Of a DNA stretch of 64,000 nucleotides, positions 43,124 to 51,508 are shown in pieces. The notes under the pieces are model-generated. The model was not told the DNA's origin and did not search any database. It saw only the letters and a program-made list of their open reading frames with translations. Source of the DNA: an uncultured Candidatus Saccharibacteria bacterium (lineage in GTDB: Bacteria > Patescibacteriota > Doudnabacteria > UBA920). The stretch lies in assembly GCA_964532425.1 (NCBI GenBank), contig CAZHIA010000004.1:19740-83739 (forward strand), written 5' to 3'. A program made the position numbers and the translations under genes. The stretch's first letter is position 1, and every line of letters begins with the position of its first letter.

Positions 43124-43582
43124 TTATTCCACGGGTATATATATTTCCGTCAGCGCATTCTCCATACCAACCTCCTGGGGATTGTTCATATAGACCTCCC
43201 TGGTTGGGCCGTGAGGTTTCTTGCCTTGTTCCGCAATCCAGGCTAGAAGCTGTCCGTACACCGGAACCATTTGGTCATATGACCCTTTATGCGTGACTTT
43301 GGCCATCTGTCCGCCTGGCAATTCATAGCATTTCATTTCTTCGGTTTCCGTGATTTTTTGGGCAATAGGCCACGCAACTTCCAAATCACCTTCGGATAAT
43401 TTTTCGTTTTCCCGACCGAACTCGTGATACTGGTATATCGGCGCTCCGGCAGGACCAACTCCCTGGCTCTGTAAATACCCAAAGCTCTCCATGATCAGCT
43501 GAGGTATTTGTTTATATGGCGCATGCCTTGTTATTCCCAAAACTAATTGTGGTTGTACTTCTACGATTGTAGGTTGTTCCAT
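43124..43582 (-). CDS. GyrI-like small-molecule-binding domain protein
   Basis: Size and pattern of AraC-effector-binding/GyrI-like proteins (CYELPGGQMAKVTHKGSYD...). Confidence 0.65.
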   Translation of the reverse strand: MEQPTIVEVQPQLVLGITRHAPYKQIPQLIMESFGYLQSQGVGPAGAPIYQYHEFGRENEKLSEGDLEVAWPIAQKITETEEMKCYELPGGQMAKVTHKGSYDQMVPVYGQLLAWIAEQGKKPHGPTREVYMNNPQEVGMENALTEIYIPVE

Positions 43583-43604
43583 AAAATTTAGACAATAGGT
43601 TTAA

Positions 43605-43904
43605 TTATTGTGCTGTTTGCTGAGCAGCAGATGGAGTTTCGGCCCTCTTGGGAGCAACCAGCCAGTTATACAGCAACGCCAGAAAACCAAAATGCACAAA
43701 CCCTTCCACAAAACCCATCACAGCTCCGGTAAAGATACCAATTACCGATACCGAGTAGCCCCAGGGTCCATAGAACGGGATAAGGAAATTGGCAAAATCC
43801 TTTACCCCCGGAATGCCTATCAGGGCTCCTATTGTCCAAAGCACCGCACCCAGCCCCAGCCAGATGCCGGCGGCAATAGCAAATTTTAATGCATTGATTT
43901 TCAT
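43605..43904 (-). CDS. Small hydrophobic membrane protein, 99 aa
   Basis: Three predicted TM helices. Confidence 0.5.
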   Translation of the reverse strand: MKINALKFAIAAGIWLGLGAVLWTIGALIGIPGVKDFANFLIPFYGPWGYSVSVIGIFTGAVMGFVEGFVHFGFLALLYNWLVAPKRAETPSAAQQTAQ

Positions 43905-43933
43905 ATGTTCCTTTCTTTTACGAATTTTATTAA

Positions 43934-44617
43934 TTAATAGATAAAAGGGATCAATCTATACCTCACATGCTTGGCATAATTGGCATACCCTGACAGCTCC
44001 TGCAACAAGGTCCGGTCTTCAAAAGATGTCCGCACCACCAACAAAGCAGCCGCGGCACATGCCGGCACTATCGACCACGCCCAGGCAGACCCCAGCACAA
44101 AGGGCGTCACTGATGTAAATAGCATCCCACCAACATATCCCGGATGGCGGACAATTGCATACGGGCCGGTTGTGCAGACCTGCTGATTGCGGTCTGTTTG
44201 TATCCTGACCACGCTGGAAAAAAATCTGTTTGCATATTTTGCCCAAAGGAAAATGGCGTGGGCAATAAGGAATATAGCTATGGCTGTTGTGTAAGAGGTG
44301 TGGGATAACGGAACCGAAACATGGAAGCGCCCCCTATCCAGAGCAGCCAAGACAATGGAAATGAAACTCAAAGGCGTAGACACAGCAAAATATACCTTAT
44401 CCCACCATTTCATGCCTTTACCCGGACTCAATCGTTCCCGAATCAGATCCTTTTTATCGGCTAACAACCAGACTGTAAAAAACAAAATGATTACTGACAA
44501 AAGGACATATACCCATCCTTGCCAATAATTCCACGTCCCTGCCGGCACAAAGACAAGAAGCAGGAGAAGGAACGGAGAAGCCAGGCCTTTTAATATGGTT
44601 GTGTGCGTTTCCTTCAT
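43934..44617 (-). CDS. Isoprenylcysteine carboxyl methyltransferase (ICMT/PEMT) family membrane methyltransferase
   Basis: VTTGPYAIVRHPGYVG...FEDRTL C-terminal SAM-binding signature. Confidence 0.72.
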   Translation of the reverse strand: MKETHTTILKGLASPFLLLLLVFVPAGTWNYWQGWVYVLLSVIILFFTVWLLADKKDLIRERLSPGKGMKWWDKVYFAVSTPLSFISIVLAALDRGRFHVSVPLSHTSYTTAIAIFLIAHAIFLWAKYANRFFSSVVRIQTDRNQQVCTTGPYAIVRHPGYVGGMLFTSVTPFVLGSAWAWSIVPACAAAALLVVRTSFEDRTLLQELSGYANYAKHVRYRLIPFIY

Positions 44618-44840
44618 ATAAACAAAAAACCGAACCTAAAATAGGCCGGTTGTAATTGATAGTGGCTCAACGCTTCAAACGTTCACCTGCATAGGCGAAA
44701 CCCTTCGTTTGTCGCTCCCCACTATCCAAGGCTGTATCTATTATAGCACCAAATCTGAGAAAGCCATATTCTGTTTGTCCCCACAAATTTTCGTGCCTCA
44801 AAAACCGCGTTAAAGCTCCAAACGCCGGATGGCAGCATCC

Positions 44841-44872
44841 CAACAGAAAAGAGAGGCTGCTAGCCTCTCTTT
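44841..44872 (-). terminator. Intrinsic terminator overlapping the stop codon of the 44860-45759 gene
   Basis: AAAGAGAGGCTAGCAGCCTCTCTTTTCTG on the minus strand. Confidence 0.65.
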
Positions 44873-45759
44873 AGGTACACTTTAACGAAACTGCTTTTTA
44901 AGTCAGCGCCTTTGTCCGAAAGGCCGTCGCTATTCCCGCTTTTGGCCATATCCAGCAAGCCATCGAGTTGGAGGCGTATCTGCTTCACCGAATCATCATT
45001 CAGTTCCGCCTCTACGGCTTGTAATTTACCATCGGCATCACCATAGGCACCCATTACTCCGACCGCGTCCTTTTTGGCTGCGGCATCGAGCATCACCTCC
45101 ATCGAATCGTGGAAGTCCACCAAGGCTACCGACAGGGGCGAGAAACGATTGCGTTTTAAGATATCCTGAAACACCGGCCTGACCTTTTCCAATTCCTTAT
45201 GAGAGGCGGTCAAGTCGCCGCTTCCTACGGCATCCCGTTGGCTTTCGACGAGCACCCAAACAGTCTGCAAATCAGCGGTAAGGTTCCTGTCGTCCCGAAT
45301 GGCGAACGGTCTGTACGCGGAATACTTCTGTTGAAATGCCGGGTACGCTGCTACGAGCTGCGCATAATTCTGCTTCGCTTCATCCCGTTTGTTTTGTCCG
45401 GTAAAGAATAATGTCTGCTTGTAATAATTATTCACCTTGCCGAAGTCTTCCAGAAAGATTTTCTTGGAAAAAAAATTACTGTAGTACGAACCGGCAACAG
45501 GCAACGCGACAGCCAACAGACTGAGGACGGACACTACTATTCTACGTTTGACCGTTCCGGCCAGGCTCAATGTCGTTATGCCGAGGAGGCGGTAGATCAG
45601 GCAAATACCCGTCACCGCTGTTACGGCCAGTACAGTTGCAAGCACATAAGCAGCAATTTGCCACGCTCCCCATAACCAGAAGAAGCCAGCCAGAAACGTC
45701 GCTTCAGCGGCAAGGAATCTGGTTATCCTGTCCACCGGACCCTCATTTTTCCAATGCAT
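44860..45759 (-). CDS. Membrane protein with an N-terminal DUF2892 (YgaP-like) domain and a C-terminal soluble domain
   Basis: VDRITRFLAAEATFLAGFFWLWG is the DUF2892 hallmark. Confidence 0.6.
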   Translation of the reverse strand: MHWKNEGPVDRITRFLAAEATFLAGFFWLWGAWQIAAYVLATVLAVTAVTGICLIYRLLGITTLSLAGTVKRRIVVSVLSLLAVALPVAGSYYSNFFSKKIFLEDFGKVNNYYKQTLFFTGQNKRDEAKQNYAQLVAAYPAFQQKYSAYRPFAIRDDRNLTADLQTVWVLVESQRDAVGSGDLTASHKELEKVRPVFQDILKRNRFSPLSVALVDFHDSMEVMLDAAAKKDAVGVMGAYGDADGKLQAVEAELNDDSVKQIRLQLDGLLDMAKSGNSDGLSDKGADLKSSFVKVYLKRG

Positions 45760-45782
45760 ATTGGTTTTAATGTATCGTTAAT

Positions 45783-46403
45783 TTATACTGACAAAATCTG
45801 CTCCAATTTCGGACGGTCAAAGCCGACAATATATTCCGGCTCGCTGTCCTCATATTCGATCTCGGTCACCGGTACGCCCATCTGCCCGGTTTTTTGAACC
45901 ATGGCTTCAGCCGCTTTCTGGTCACGGTCGACATAGACCACCTCATGCGGGATCTTCTTGCCTTCGAGCCACTTCTTTTCCATAACGCAATACGGGCAGG
46001 TCTGGGTAGAATAAAGCTTCACGCTTTTCGGCTGCAACGCGCCCACGCCTGCCGCTTCGTGCACCAACCCTTTAATGGTACTATCGGCTTTGGCGGCCAG
46101 TTCGGAAAGCTGGGGGTATTGGGCAAACGACTGCAAAATGGCGGTCTGGCCGGTGCCGACTAAAATATCATCGCCCTTCTTGATAATCGAAACCGCGCAC
46201 GGCAGGAAACCGACCAAATTATGGTCAATGTCCAACAGCTGTTTGAGCCAATCGGTACGGCAGATGAGTACGGTTTTCCCGGCTCCATCCGGCAGCTCGA
46301 TTTCCCCTAACACTTTAAAGCTTTGTCGTTCGGCTTGGTCTTTCAACTCACGCTCGGTCTCCGAAAGCGACCGAGTGCTTTTTCTAAAATATGCTAAGTT
46401 CAT
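45783..46403 (-). CDS. DUF302 domain fused to a glutaredoxin/NrdH-like domain
   Basis: N-terminal DUF302 (FKVLGEIEL...LPCAVSI); C-terminal VKLYSTQTCPYCVMEKKWLEGKKIPHEVVYVD...GVPVTEI (CPYC active site). Confidence 0.7.
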   Translation of the reverse strand: MNLAYFRKSTRSLSETERELKDQAERQSFKVLGEIELPDGAGKTVLICRTDWLKQLLDIDHNLVGFLPCAVSIIKKGDDILVGTGQTAILQSFAQYPQLSELAAKADSTIKGLVHEAAGVGALQPKSVKLYSTQTCPYCVMEKKWLEGKKIPHEVVYVDRDQKAAEAMVQKTGQMGVPVTEIEYEDSEPEYIVGFDRPKLEQILSV

Positions 46404-46421
46404 AATTGTATTATGGCTTAA

Positions 46422-46625
46422 TTATTTTATTGTCTTAAAATTGAACAATGGATACAGGGCACAGTAGCCCGACAGCGAAGTAAATAAGGCAGCGGCAGAA
46501 AGTACATATACAACATCCTTCCACACTTCTTTTAACACAAAAAAAGCCAGAAAGAACAACACTGCTGAAAGCAAAAAACGGACAATACGGTCAGTTCTGC
46601 TTTCGTTCGGTAACGGGCAAGTCAT
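46422..46625 (-). CDS. Small DUF2892 (YgaP-like) membrane protein
   Basis: DRIVRFLLSAVLF...LSGYCALYPLF. Confidence 0.65.
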   Translation of the reverse strand: MTCPLPNESRTDRIVRFLLSAVLFFLAFFVLKEVWKDVVYVLSAAALFTSLSGYCALYPLFNFKTIK

Positions 46626-46629
46626 ATAT

Positions 46630-46938
46630 TTAATCCTTGTGGCAGATAAACTGCCTGATATATTTAATCAATGGGGTTTTGTGCAAAGAGTAACAAATTT
46701 TCTTCCCCTCTCGCCTCGTACTGACGATGTCAAATTCCTGAAGCATTTGGAGATGATGGGAAACGGCTGCCACGCTCATCTTGAGACAGCCGGCAATATC
46801 GGAAACACAGATGTCTGTATGCTCAAAAAGAGCGCACAGAATGCGGATTCTCGTCTCATCCCCTGCCAGCTCCAAGATCTTGGCCTTCTTGGCCAAATCC
46901 TGAGTCAGCAGCTTAGGTTTGATGGCTGTTTGTTCCAT
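46630..46938 (-). CDS. arsR: ArsR/SmtB-family metalloregulatory transcriptional repressor
   Basis: HTH LAGDETRIRILCAL and a sensing CVSDIAGC. Start at the ATG at 46938; the track extension to 47025 was rejected. Confidence 0.8.
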   Translation of the reverse strand: MEQTAIKPKLLTQDLAKKAKILELAGDETRIRILCALFEHTDICVSDIAGCLKMSVAAVSHHLQMLQEFDIVSTRREGKKICYSLHKTPLIKYIRQFICHKD

Positions 46939-46945
46939 ATGTAAA

Positions 46946-46975
46946 ATATCATTCAAATAACTGTTTGAATGATAT
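46946..46975. promoter_or_regulatory. Candidate ArsR operator: perfect 12-6-12 inverted repeat ATATCATTCAAA-TAACTG-TTTGAATGATAT in the divergent arsR / trx-arsP promoter region
   Basis: Perfect palindrome starting 8 nt upstream of the arsR ATG. Confidence 0.55.
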
Positions 46976-47072
46976 ACCGATAATATTTTTCTGTCAAGCC
47001 GGCATACCAGACTCGATGTTGCCAAAAAGACCGGATGAATATATCATAATAACAGCAATTATTCTTGCCGAT

Positions 47073-47315
47073 ATGAAAATCCAAGTTTTAGGCGCAGGCT
47101 GCCCCACGTGCAAAAAACTCTATGAAATAACTCAACAGGCGGTTTCTCAGTTACACCTTCCCGAAGAGGTGGAATATGTTACCGACATTCAGCAGGTATT
47201 GGATATGGGGCTTATGTCCAGTCCCGTGCTGGCTGTAAACGGCAAACCCGTGTTAGTCGGTTTCATTCCCGACATAGAAAAAATCAAATCAGCCATACAG
47301 AAACACATTGCTTAA
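47073..47315 (+). CDS. Thioredoxin-family redox-active disulfide protein (Thioredoxin_3 / TIGR00412-like)
   Basis: MKIQVLGAGCPTCKKL...SSPVLAVNGKPV. Start at the ATG at 47073; the track extension from 46965 was rejected. Confidence 0.75.
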   Translation: MKIQVLGAGCPTCKKLYEITQQAVSQLHLPEEVEYVTDIQQVLDMGLMSSPVLAVNGKPVLVGFIPDIEKIKSAIQKHIA

Positions 47316-48278
47316 ATGAATATCTTTTATCCGCTCCAAGCCCTAGCCGACTGGCTGGCATACCACGCCTTTCGCCTGCCCCACGAAAAGCTGGGTGAAG
47401 CCGTTAGCTATTTTATTTTTGATTCAGTCAAAATCCTGTTGCTGCTGGCAGTAATCGTTTTTGCGGTCTCGTTGCTCCGCACGTTTCTGCCGCCAGAAAA
47501 GACACGCAAGCTCCTGTCCGGTACAGGCACATACACAAGCAATGTTCTGGCTGCCGCTTTGGGCATTTTTACCCCTTTCTGCTCCTGCAGCGCTATCCCC
47601 TTATTTTTAGGGTTCGTGCAGGCAGGCGTACCGCTTGGCGCCACCTTTTCCTTTTTGGTAGCCTCCCCGATGATAAACGAAGTAGCGTTAGTGCTGCTGC
47701 TTGGCTTATTTGGCTGGAAAATTGCTCTTCTGTATATTATGAGCGGCTATATTATTGCTGTTCTTGCCGGTGTGATTATCGGCAAATTAAAACCGGAAAA
47801 TTTACTGGAATCCTTTGTAATACAAAACTCTATCACTACTGACGTCGAACTGCCGGACCTGACGTGGTCAGACAGACTGATCTACGCCAAAACCTATACA
47901 TCAGATACCGTAAAGAAAGTTTGGGTGTATATTTTAATCGGTATCGGCATTGGCGCTTTTATCCACGGGTACGTGCCTGCCGATTTTCTGGTCCGATATG
48001 CCGGCAGCGGCAACTGGTACAGCGTACCACTGGCCGTACTGATCGGCATCCCACTCTACTCCAATGCCGCCGGTATCGTGCCGCTCGTGAGCGCTCTGAC
48101 GGAAAAGGGCGTAGCCATGGGCACCACCCTGGCCTTTATGATGTCGGTCACTTCCCTCTCCTTGCCGGAGTTTATGATCTTAAAAAGGGTCATGAAAGTT
48201 AAACTGATCGTAATTTTTGCCGGGGTAGTGGGAGCAGGTATTATGCTTACCGGTTTTCTGTTTAATTGGGTGTTATGA
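47316..48278 (+). CDS. ArsP/DUF318-family permease (organoarsenical-efflux-like)
   Basis: Hallmark TPFCSCS motif (GIFTPFCSCSAIPLF); 8 TM helices. Confidence 0.75.
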   Translation: MNIFYPLQALADWLAYHAFRLPHEKLGEAVSYFIFDSVKILLLLAVIVFAVSLLRTFLPPEKTRKLLSGTGTYTSNVLAAALGIFTPFCSCSAIPLFLGFVQAGVPLGATFSFLVASPMINEVALVLLLGLFGWKIALLYIMSGYIIAVLAGVIIGKLKPENLLESFVIQNSITTDVELPDLTWSDRLIYAKTYTSDTVKKVWVYILIGIGIGAFIHGYVPADFLVRYAGSGNWYSVPLAVLIGIPLYSNAAGIVPLVSALTEKGVAMGTTLAFMMSVTSLSLPEFMILKRVMKVKLIVIFAGVVGAGIMLTGFLFNWVL

Positions 48279-48452
48279 GCAGCATTGACGCGTGTGTCCT
48301 TTTCCTCTATAATTCCTATGCAATTGAATAAATTGACTGCCTGACACAGCAGGCAGGAATTGGACTCTTACCAAATCTGTGTAAGAGTTTTTAGATACAT
48401 CACTGATACGCAGATTACACAGATAATACAACTTGGGGCCACGGCCATATAT

Positions 48453-48528
48453 GGCGGCTATGGTATAATGGTTATTACGCTGCTCTGTGGAAGCGGAAAT
48501 ACGGGTTCAATTCCCGTTAGCCGCCCCA
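48453..48528 (+). tRNA. tRNA-His (anticodon GTG) with G-1 and encoded CCA
   Basis: G(-1)GCGGCTA acceptor pairing with TAGCCGC plus discriminator C; anticodon loop CTGTGGA; T-loop TTCAATT. Confidence 0.88.
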
Positions 48529-48532
48529 TGAC

Positions 48533-48561
48533 AAAATCCCTGCCTGAAAGGCAGGGATTTT
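48533..48561. terminator. Bidirectional intrinsic terminator (tRNA-His and convergent sensor-kinase gene)
   Basis: AAAATCCCTGCCTGAAAGGCAGGGATTTT. Confidence 0.75.
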
Positions 48562-48575
48562 GATTTGGGAAAATA

Positions 48576-50399
48576 TCAGGCAACAGGCGGCTTCAGCGGC
48601 AGGTGGACGGTTACCGTTGTCCCCTTGCCCAGTGTCGATTCCAGAGAGATGGTACCGCCATGCCCGGTAATGATCGTTTTACAAATGTACAAACCAAGGC
48701 CGGTGCCGACATTTTTCATATCGATGGCGTTCGTAGCGCGGAAGAACTGGGTAAACAAAAGATCCTTGTCCTTGTCCGGTATGCCGATGCCGGTGTCTGT
48801 TATGCGGATATGAGCCTGCGTTTCGTCCGCGTTTAGATCAATATCAATAGTCCCGTTCTGTGGGGTGTACGTCACGGCGTTGTCAACGAGGTTTTCAAAC
48901 ACCGATATCAGGTACAATGAATTACCTAACAGCACCGGCATGTTAGCCTTACTGGTACAATTCCACACTAAGTGCTTTTCGGTAATTATCTGCAGACGCT
49001 TATCATGGAGCTGTTTGAACACAGTCGGGAGATCGACGGGCATCTTGAGGGCATTCTTATAATCAAAACCCAAGTCAGAAACCGTAATAAGATCGCGAAT
49101 GATCGCACCAAGCTGCTCGAGACCCGCGCCCAGATCCTGTTTGAGTTGGGCTTCTTCCTCGATCTTCGTTGTTTTTTTCAAGAGGTCAAAATTCCATCGT
49201 GCAATAGACATGGGCGTGCGCAACTGGTGGGAGGTATTTTTGATGAGCTGCTCTTTAATGCGCGATACTTCCTGTTCCTTGCGCAAAGACTCAGCCAAAG
49301 CCTTCTCGCGTATCTCTATGGCTTTGAGTTCCTGCAGGCGCTTGAGATCATCCCCCATCCGGTTGAAAACCAACCCCAGCTCTTCCAGTTCGTCATGCGT
49401 CGGAATGTCGATCTTATACTCGAAATGACCTTGTCCGATCCTGGTCGCACCAGCCTGCAAAATCCGCAGCGGGGAAAGGATCCTCCGTCCTGCCAGCCAG
49501 CCCAGAAACGCAGCCAACAGTATGGCGATCGTTGAGAACAGCAACACTTGATATTGAATATCCTTCACGATCTGGAACGCATCGGCCTTCGGCCATTCCG
49601 CAACGAGCGCCCACTTGAAATTGTTCAGCGGCAATCCGGCCGCTAATACGGTCTCGCCGAGCACGCCGGGGCGCTGGTCATCACCAAGCAGCCCGTCATG
49701 CTGCTGTCCAGCAAGAAGTCCTTTTGTCCATTGCCAATCCCCTATATTTTTTCCCTGGAGGGATGGATTAGCACTGGCAAAGATGGTGCCCGACGCGTCG
49801 ATAACATACACGTAGTTGGTCTGCCCCAGACCGGCACGGCTGATTGTGCGCACCAACGGATCCAAATTAATAATCCCAGAAATAACCATGACCACCTCAC
49901 CGCTCTTATTCGTGACCGGACCGGCAATGGTCATTAATGTTCCGGATTCCGTATATTGCAGGGGTCCGAAATACAGTTTTCCGGTCTTGGCGCGCTGAAA
50001 ATATGGTAACCGGCTGACATCCTGCTTATTGATTCCGCTGGCATCCTGCACCTGCGAAAGTTTGAAGGTCTCCTTACCGGAAGCGTCAATGAGCGAGGCC
50101 TCGATGATATTCTTATTCTCGGTGAGCAAGTCTTCAAGCAGCGATTCCTGGTCGGCGGCACTGATACTTAAAAACTGAGTGTACCCGACGTGCACATCGA
50201 ACAAACCCGCCGTATCTTCCAGAAAGCGATTAATCTCTGCGCTCTGCTGCTTGAGCAGCTGCGTTTCCATCATCGCAACGTCCTGGCGGTGGGTGTACGT
50301 AATATAGTACTGAGCCACGATCCCCAGCATGACCAGCGGGAGCAGCCCAAGCAGGACGAAGGCAATGGTTAATTTTGTACCGAGACTAATGATGCGCAT
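48576..50399 (-). CDS. Sensor histidine kinase with an extracytoplasmic Cache-like domain, HAMP, HisKA and HATPase_c
   Basis: Two TM helices flanking a ~270-aa periplasmic domain; H-box NTSHQLRTPMS; G-boxes GTGLGLYICK and GKGTTVTVHLP. Confidence 0.85.
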   Translation of the reverse strand: MRIISLGTKLTIAFVLLGLLPLVMLGIVAQYYITYTHRQDVAMMETQLLKQQSAEINRFLEDTAGLFDVHVGYTQFLSISAADQESLLEDLLTENKNIIEASLIDASGKETFKLSQVQDASGINKQDVSRLPYFQRAKTGKLYFGPLQYTESGTLMTIAGPVTNKSGEVVMVISGIINLDPLVRTISRAGLGQTNYVYVIDASGTIFASANPSLQGKNIGDWQWTKGLLAGQQHDGLLGDDQRPGVLGETVLAAGLPLNNFKWALVAEWPKADAFQIVKDIQYQVLLFSTIAILLAAFLGWLAGRRILSPLRILQAGATRIGQGHFEYKIDIPTHDELEELGLVFNRMGDDLKRLQELKAIEIREKALAESLRKEQEVSRIKEQLIKNTSHQLRTPMSIARWNFDLLKKTTKIEEEAQLKQDLGAGLEQLGAIIRDLITVSDLGFDYKNALKMPVDLPTVFKQLHDKRLQIITEKHLVWNCTSKANMPVLLGNSLYLISVFENLVDNAVTYTPQNGTIDIDLNADETQAHIRITDTGIGIPDKDKDLLFTQFFRATNAIDMKNVGTGLGLYICKTIITGHGGTISLESTLGKGTTVTVHLPLKPPVA

Positions 50400-50419
50400 G
50401 ATTTACACTCAATCAATGA

Positions 50420-50476
50420 GGCCGATAAATCGGCACGCTACATTATTTATAAAAAGAATCGGCACACTACACGATC
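50420..50476. repeat. Family-A repeat copy 3 (GGCCGATAAATCGGCACGCTAC ... CGGCACACTACACGATC)
   Basis: Matches half-sites of the repeats at 2056-2105 and 13760-13817. Confidence 0.6.
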
Positions 50477-50498
50477 ATAATCAATGCGACACGCTCCA

Positions 50499-51371
50499 TT
50501 AATACCTCAACCCTAAACTCTTTTTCGCTTCTTCCGAAAGGTACGTATACTGAAGCGGCCGGAACCTGCCGCTCCCCATTAAATCAGTGCTCGTGGGCTG
50601 GCTCATCGGACCGGCATACTGGTCTTTGAGGCCGAATGTGTGGCCAAGTTCATGGGCAAAGACCGTGACTCCGTAATCCTGGTACGTGTCATTGGATAAG
50701 TAATCGCGAGAGACTAAAAAAGCCGGCCAGCTGTTGTCAGGCAATGAGACCAAATCACTTTCCGGCTGAGCCTCATTCCCCACCAGCAACGTCGCCGAAC
50801 TGCCGACACCCTCATAGAGAATGGCAATGACCGTGTAAGTATCCGTGTTCTGTTGTTCCAGGGAAGGGTCATACAACAGCGAAGCCTTGTCCTGCATGCG
50901 GGCTACCAGCTCCTGGCGCACGGCAAGCAAACCATGCGGATTGCCGCGGTTCGTATCAGCGCCATCATATTGGGAACTCGCACGCTCGCCAATGACCGGC
51001 TGCGCATGTACATCTACGGTAAAACTGCTCGCGCCGTGAAATTGCAAGGTGTAAAACTTTACCACCTCGGCCAACGCTTTCTCATAAGCCGGCTGCCAAT
51101 TGTCCATGGTCCGGGACACCGCGTCTTTCGGGATGAAATAAAAGGCTTTGATCCTCACCGTCGACAGCGGTACCTGGCCATTGTTAGCGTAGTGCAGTTG
51201 CACCGCTTCACTCCTTAACCCGATTCTCTTTACCTGATTGCGAATAACCAAAAAGACACCTGCTCCGATAAGAAGCAACAACAAAACTCCTAATAATAAC
51301 TTTTGATTCGTATATATTTTCACTTGTATCCGGCAGTAGTTACCATAATTCGAATGACCCGAATAACTCAA
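50499..51371 (-). CDS. Membrane-anchored zinc metalloprotease (HExxHxxGxxD zincin/metzincin-like)
   Basis: N-terminal TM (LLLGVLLLLLIGAGVFLVI); VFAHELGHTFGLKDQY. Confidence 0.6.
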   Translation of the reverse strand: MSYSGHSNYGNYCRIQVKIYTNQKLLLGVLLLLLIGAGVFLVIRNQVKRIGLRSEAVQLHYANNGQVPLSTVRIKAFYFIPKDAVSRTMDNWQPAYEKALAEVVKFYTLQFHGASSFTVDVHAQPVIGERASSQYDGADTNRGNPHGLLAVRQELVARMQDKASLLYDPSLEQQNTDTYTVIAILYEGVGSSATLLVGNEAQPESDLVSLPDNSWPAFLVSRDYLSNDTYQDYGVTVFAHELGHTFGLKDQYAGPMSQPTSTDLMGSGRFRPLQYTYLSEEAKKSLGLRY

Positions 51372-51374
51372 TCC

Positions 51375-51505
51375 AAATGCCCCAAATGAGGACTATTCGG
51401 GGCATTTGCCTGCCTGCCCCGGCACCATCATATGGTGCTCGGGCCTGCCGGTAGGCAGGGATGTGATTCGTGGACCTGCCTGCCGGTAGGCAGGTTCGGA
51501 TTATT
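51375..51505. repeat. Cluster of palindromic hairpins, including two copies of CCTGCCGGTAGGCAGG
   Basis: GCACCATCATATGGTGC; GGGCCTGCCGGTAGGCAGGG ... CCTGCCTGCCGGTAGGCAGG. Confidence 0.5.
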
Positions 51506-51508
51506 ACT

